DNA of 64,000 nt from Macrostomum lignano (taxonomy: Eukaryota). The position numbers were made by a program, and so were the translations under genes. This document shows, piece after piece, positions 60,871 through 64,000 of this stretch. Position 1 is the first letter of the stretch; each line of letters opens with the position of its first letter. The notes under the pieces were generated by a model, which was not told the DNA's origin, did not search any database, and worked only from the letters and a program-made list of their open reading frames with translations. The stretch is taken from NCBI GenBank assembly GCA_002269645.1, contig NIVC01002618.1:62001-126000 (forward strand), written 5' to 3'.

Positions 60871-61709
60871 GCTTTTCTATCCAACCCAAACCCACCCCCT
60901 CACGGGCCACGCCACGCATCGCGGGCGCGGGCGAAGTAAAACCAGTTTCTCGCTGTGAATAATGAACTTGGAGCAAAGGCCCCTCAGGGTTGGGTGTTGT
61001 TTGTTTGAAATGAGAGGCAGGCAACGGATGATGTGTGAGTGGAGTGTGAGAGTGTGCTAGCTGTGCGTACGTGGTCGTGTGCCCTGGCGGACCTCTTGCT
61101 GCGTTTGCCTCGTGGCCACTTTTATATTTCGATCATAGTCTTTCTGCTTTAGCTAGTGTAAAACTGAGGCTGAGCACATATTGCTTCGATACAATGGGCA
61201 GTGCGTATTTAGGGTAGTTTTAAATAAAATCTCTCAACAGAGTGAGGTAAAGACTATATATGGACAAAAACTATTGCTATGCTCATCTCTTGAGCGTGTA
61301 TAACGATTCTATTGTATCTTATAAGCCACAAGCTTTGTCTTGCGGTCAATTTTTCATTACATTTTCGGCTTGGACTTGGACGGGCCTGAGCATGATGCAG
61401 CAGCAAAAGAGAACTTCCTATTTTTAGCATGCTTTGCTTACGAATAGAAAGGATAAGATTCACGTCCGTTCAAGCAATTTACGCCCGTAGGCGTCACTGT
61501 TTTCATTTATGAATCGTGCCTAATCAAGATGACGCTCTCCTTCATTGCGCCCAGTCCGGGAGTCTGAATAATGTAATGCATATTATGTTAAAATAAGTGA
61601 TGCGTCATCGCAACGGCGACGGGCAATTTTTCCAAAATTTTACATTTTTGTTTCGGGAGACGCCAAAGATATCAGAGAGTTGGCTTAAGTTCCTTGGGTG
61701 GACTTTAGT

Positions 61710-62285
61710 TTAGCGGCCAGAGATTTTAGCGGCCAGAGATTTTAGCGGCCAGGGACTTTAGCGGCCAGGGACTTTAGCGGCCAGGGACTTTAGCGCCCAG
61801 GGACTTTAGCGGCCAGGGGCGCCAGCACCAGGGACTTTAGCGGCCAGAGGCGCCAGCACCAGAGGCGCTAGCACCAGAGGCGCCAGCACCAGAGGCGCCA
61901 GCACCAGAGGCGCCAGCACCAGAGGCGCCAGCACCAGAGGCGCCAGCACCAGAGGCGCCAGCACCAGAGGCGCCAGCACCAGAGGCGCCAGCACCAGAGG
62001 CGCCAGCACCAGGGGCGCCAGCACCAGGGGCGCCAGCACCAGGGGCGCCAGCACCAGGGGCGCCAGCACCAGGGGCGCCAGCACCAGGGGCGCCAGCACC
62101 AGGGGCGCCAGCACCAGGGGCGCCAGCACCAGGGGCGCCAGCACCAGGGGCGCCAGCACCAGGGGCGCCAGCACCAGGGGCGCCAGCACCAGGGGCGCCA
62201 GCACCAGGGGCGCCAGCACCAGGGGCGCCAGCACCAGGGGCGCCAGCACCAGGGGCGCCAGCACCAGGGGCGCCAGCACCAGGGG
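61710..62285. repeat. 16-bp CAGGGACTTTAGCGGC then 15-bp GGCGCCAGCACCAG(A/G) arrays
   Basis: Tandem units. Confidence 0.95.
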
Positions 62286-63241
62286 TGGTCTCTAAAGAGA
62301 AATCCTGGCCCCTGATTTTTCAAGGCGATGCCCCCTTGATCACGACTATTTGACCTCTTTGGGGCGCCCATGGTGTGCACTATAAATTCTAATTATCTGG
62401 TAACCCTATCAGTCATTCAATGCAATCTGATGCTTCTCAGTCAGCAACATTATCCTGTGCCCCGAGCTACCTTCAAAGGCTCTTTAGCTGTGATACATTT
62501 TTGTACCTTCTTCTGAGGCCATTCCAGCGCAGCTGAGGTTGCATGAGTATTGCTTGCTGCAGTAAATCAGGGTGGCAATAGCTTAGGTACATAAATATAA
62601 ATTGGCAAAACGCTTGAATAAACAATCACTACGAGATTTGCATCATCCTCTCGTGCTTGTTGATACATATGCTGTAACATGTCCTGTACGTACGCTTTCA
62701 CAGAAAGCATACGAAAAACCGGTGCTTCGTCAGATTGGCCGAGTGACTGTCACTGACTGAGCTAATTTAAAACATGCAACAATGTGCCTACCTATGCGTG
62801 TATCCGGTGCTATCACACTACGTCCTTCGTGGGGGGTAACGTTGATGCCCTTATTTTAAACAAACTGTTTTACGTCATTAAAATCATACGGCATAAGTTG
62901 AAACTTGAATGGCTGCCAAACTTCAAAGTCGGCAAATCGGAAAGACAACATGCAAAGTTTAACTACCGACTCCTTTAAGGTGCAAAATTATAAAATCGTG
63001 TGTGCTGGTATTTTATTCGCATGGAACTACTTTTTAGTAGGCACGTACGCGTCAATCACTTGCTACAGGTAGAAAAATCGTATCTACTCAGAAAATGGAG
63101 GAACTCGTCTCTCTTGGAGCCAATTAGTAAAGAGCTGCCCGAATACTCGCTGCTTGAGCAGGATGGCTGATAAATAGGCTCGCATGAAGAAGCTTAGAGG
63201 AAATAAGCTATCTTTTGTCTTGCTTCGTAACAGACTTAGAC

Positions 63242-64000
63242 ATGTGGCACTCTAGAGACATTATACCTCATCTTCTTCTTGTGTTACTCTCAATTACGTC
63301 ATCGCCAGGTCAGCCAGCTGCTGACAATCGCACCGAAGTTGCTCTGCTGAACCTGTGCACTTCGGGCAGTCCTCCGTGGGCGCAGCACCAGTTCGCTTTG
63401 ACCGCACTGGAGCCTCTTCTCAACGAGCGAGTCGACATGTTTCCGGATTTCCGGCTGAAGATTTACTATCGGTGCGCCAATGACGTGAGTTTCTTAGGGT
63501 TAGCATTTATTCATTGTTAATCTGTAATAATATTGTTCAATTATATGGCCTCTGTAACTGTAATTTGATTGCAACAATCGCAAGGATGACACTGGCAGTG
63601 CTATCAAGGCATTCATTGACGGCTACTTCAAGCCGCCAACCAAAGTCGCCATACTGGGCATGGCTTATTCGCCGCAGTCCCAGGTGGTTTCGTCCATCGC
63701 TCGATACTACGACGTGCCAGTAGTAAGTTCTTGCTAGAATTTTTCATTGCTTCTAGAAGAATCACTAGCCAATAAAGAAGAAAAAACACAAAGTACTTAG
63801 AAGAAAAGCACGCGAATTAGATGATAAATTGTAAATAGCACTATATTGTTGTAATTGACACACTAATGCTAAGTACGGATTTTAAGGTATTGAAAAATTT
63901 CCTTATCGAACTTTAATTCCTACCAATGCAATTCTCACTCTCTAATAACCTTTCCTATTGCAGCTGTCATACACAAATGCTTCACCGCTACTCTCCGACA
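63242..64000 (+). CDS. Class C GPCR / ANF-receptor Venus-flytrap domain protein, GABA-B receptor-like (5' part; runs off window)
   Basis: Exons 63242-63484, 63585-63722, 63964-64000+, all phase 0. Signal peptide IIPHLLLVLLSITSSPG; LNERVDMFPDFRLKI; GSAIKAFIDGYFKPPTKVAILG...SSIARYYDVPVLSYTNASPLLSD, matching the GABA-B lobe I pattern. Confidence 0.82.

Noticed and set aside
61806-62380. APLVL / WCWRP repeat ORFs
   Set aside because: 15-bp repeat read-through without unique coding flanks.
1-64000. CRISPR-like arrays
   Set aside because: All arrays are head-to-tail with no unique spacers; no cas genes; eukaryotic DNA.
974-64000. Trio, STIM and GPCR as a Gq/Ca2+ signalling gene cluster
   Set aside because: Functional link is loose and synteny cannot be assessed; likely coincidence.

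Overview
Eukaryotic (metazoan) genomic DNA with GT-AG introns, nearly all long ones filled by their own minisatellite. This architecture suggests a Macrostomum-like flatworm (inference). Four host genes were reconstructed by hand with phase-consistent splice sites. (1) A Trio/UNC-73-like dual RhoGEF (+, ~974-24710). (2) A STIM store-operated Ca2+ entry sensor (+, 28863-47105). (3) An SPDEF-like PNT+ETS transcription factor (-, 50787-54779). (4) The 5' part of a GABA-B-like class C GPCR (+, 63242-end). Two mobile elements sit in introns: a full-length mariner (9397-10702) and a full-length LOA/I-group non-LTR retrotransposon (APE-RT-RNase H, 32520-38407). Best leads: two mutually exclusive STIM exons encoding alternative Orai-activating (SOAR/CAD) segments; an HDV-like ribozyme fold whose predicted cleavage site coincides with the retrotransposon 5' end; a 580-bp direct duplication flanking that retrotransposon; and transcription-factor motif clusters and arrays. 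No CRISPR, rRNA or tRNA was recognised. All calls come from reading the sequence and recalled family motifs; no database search was run.
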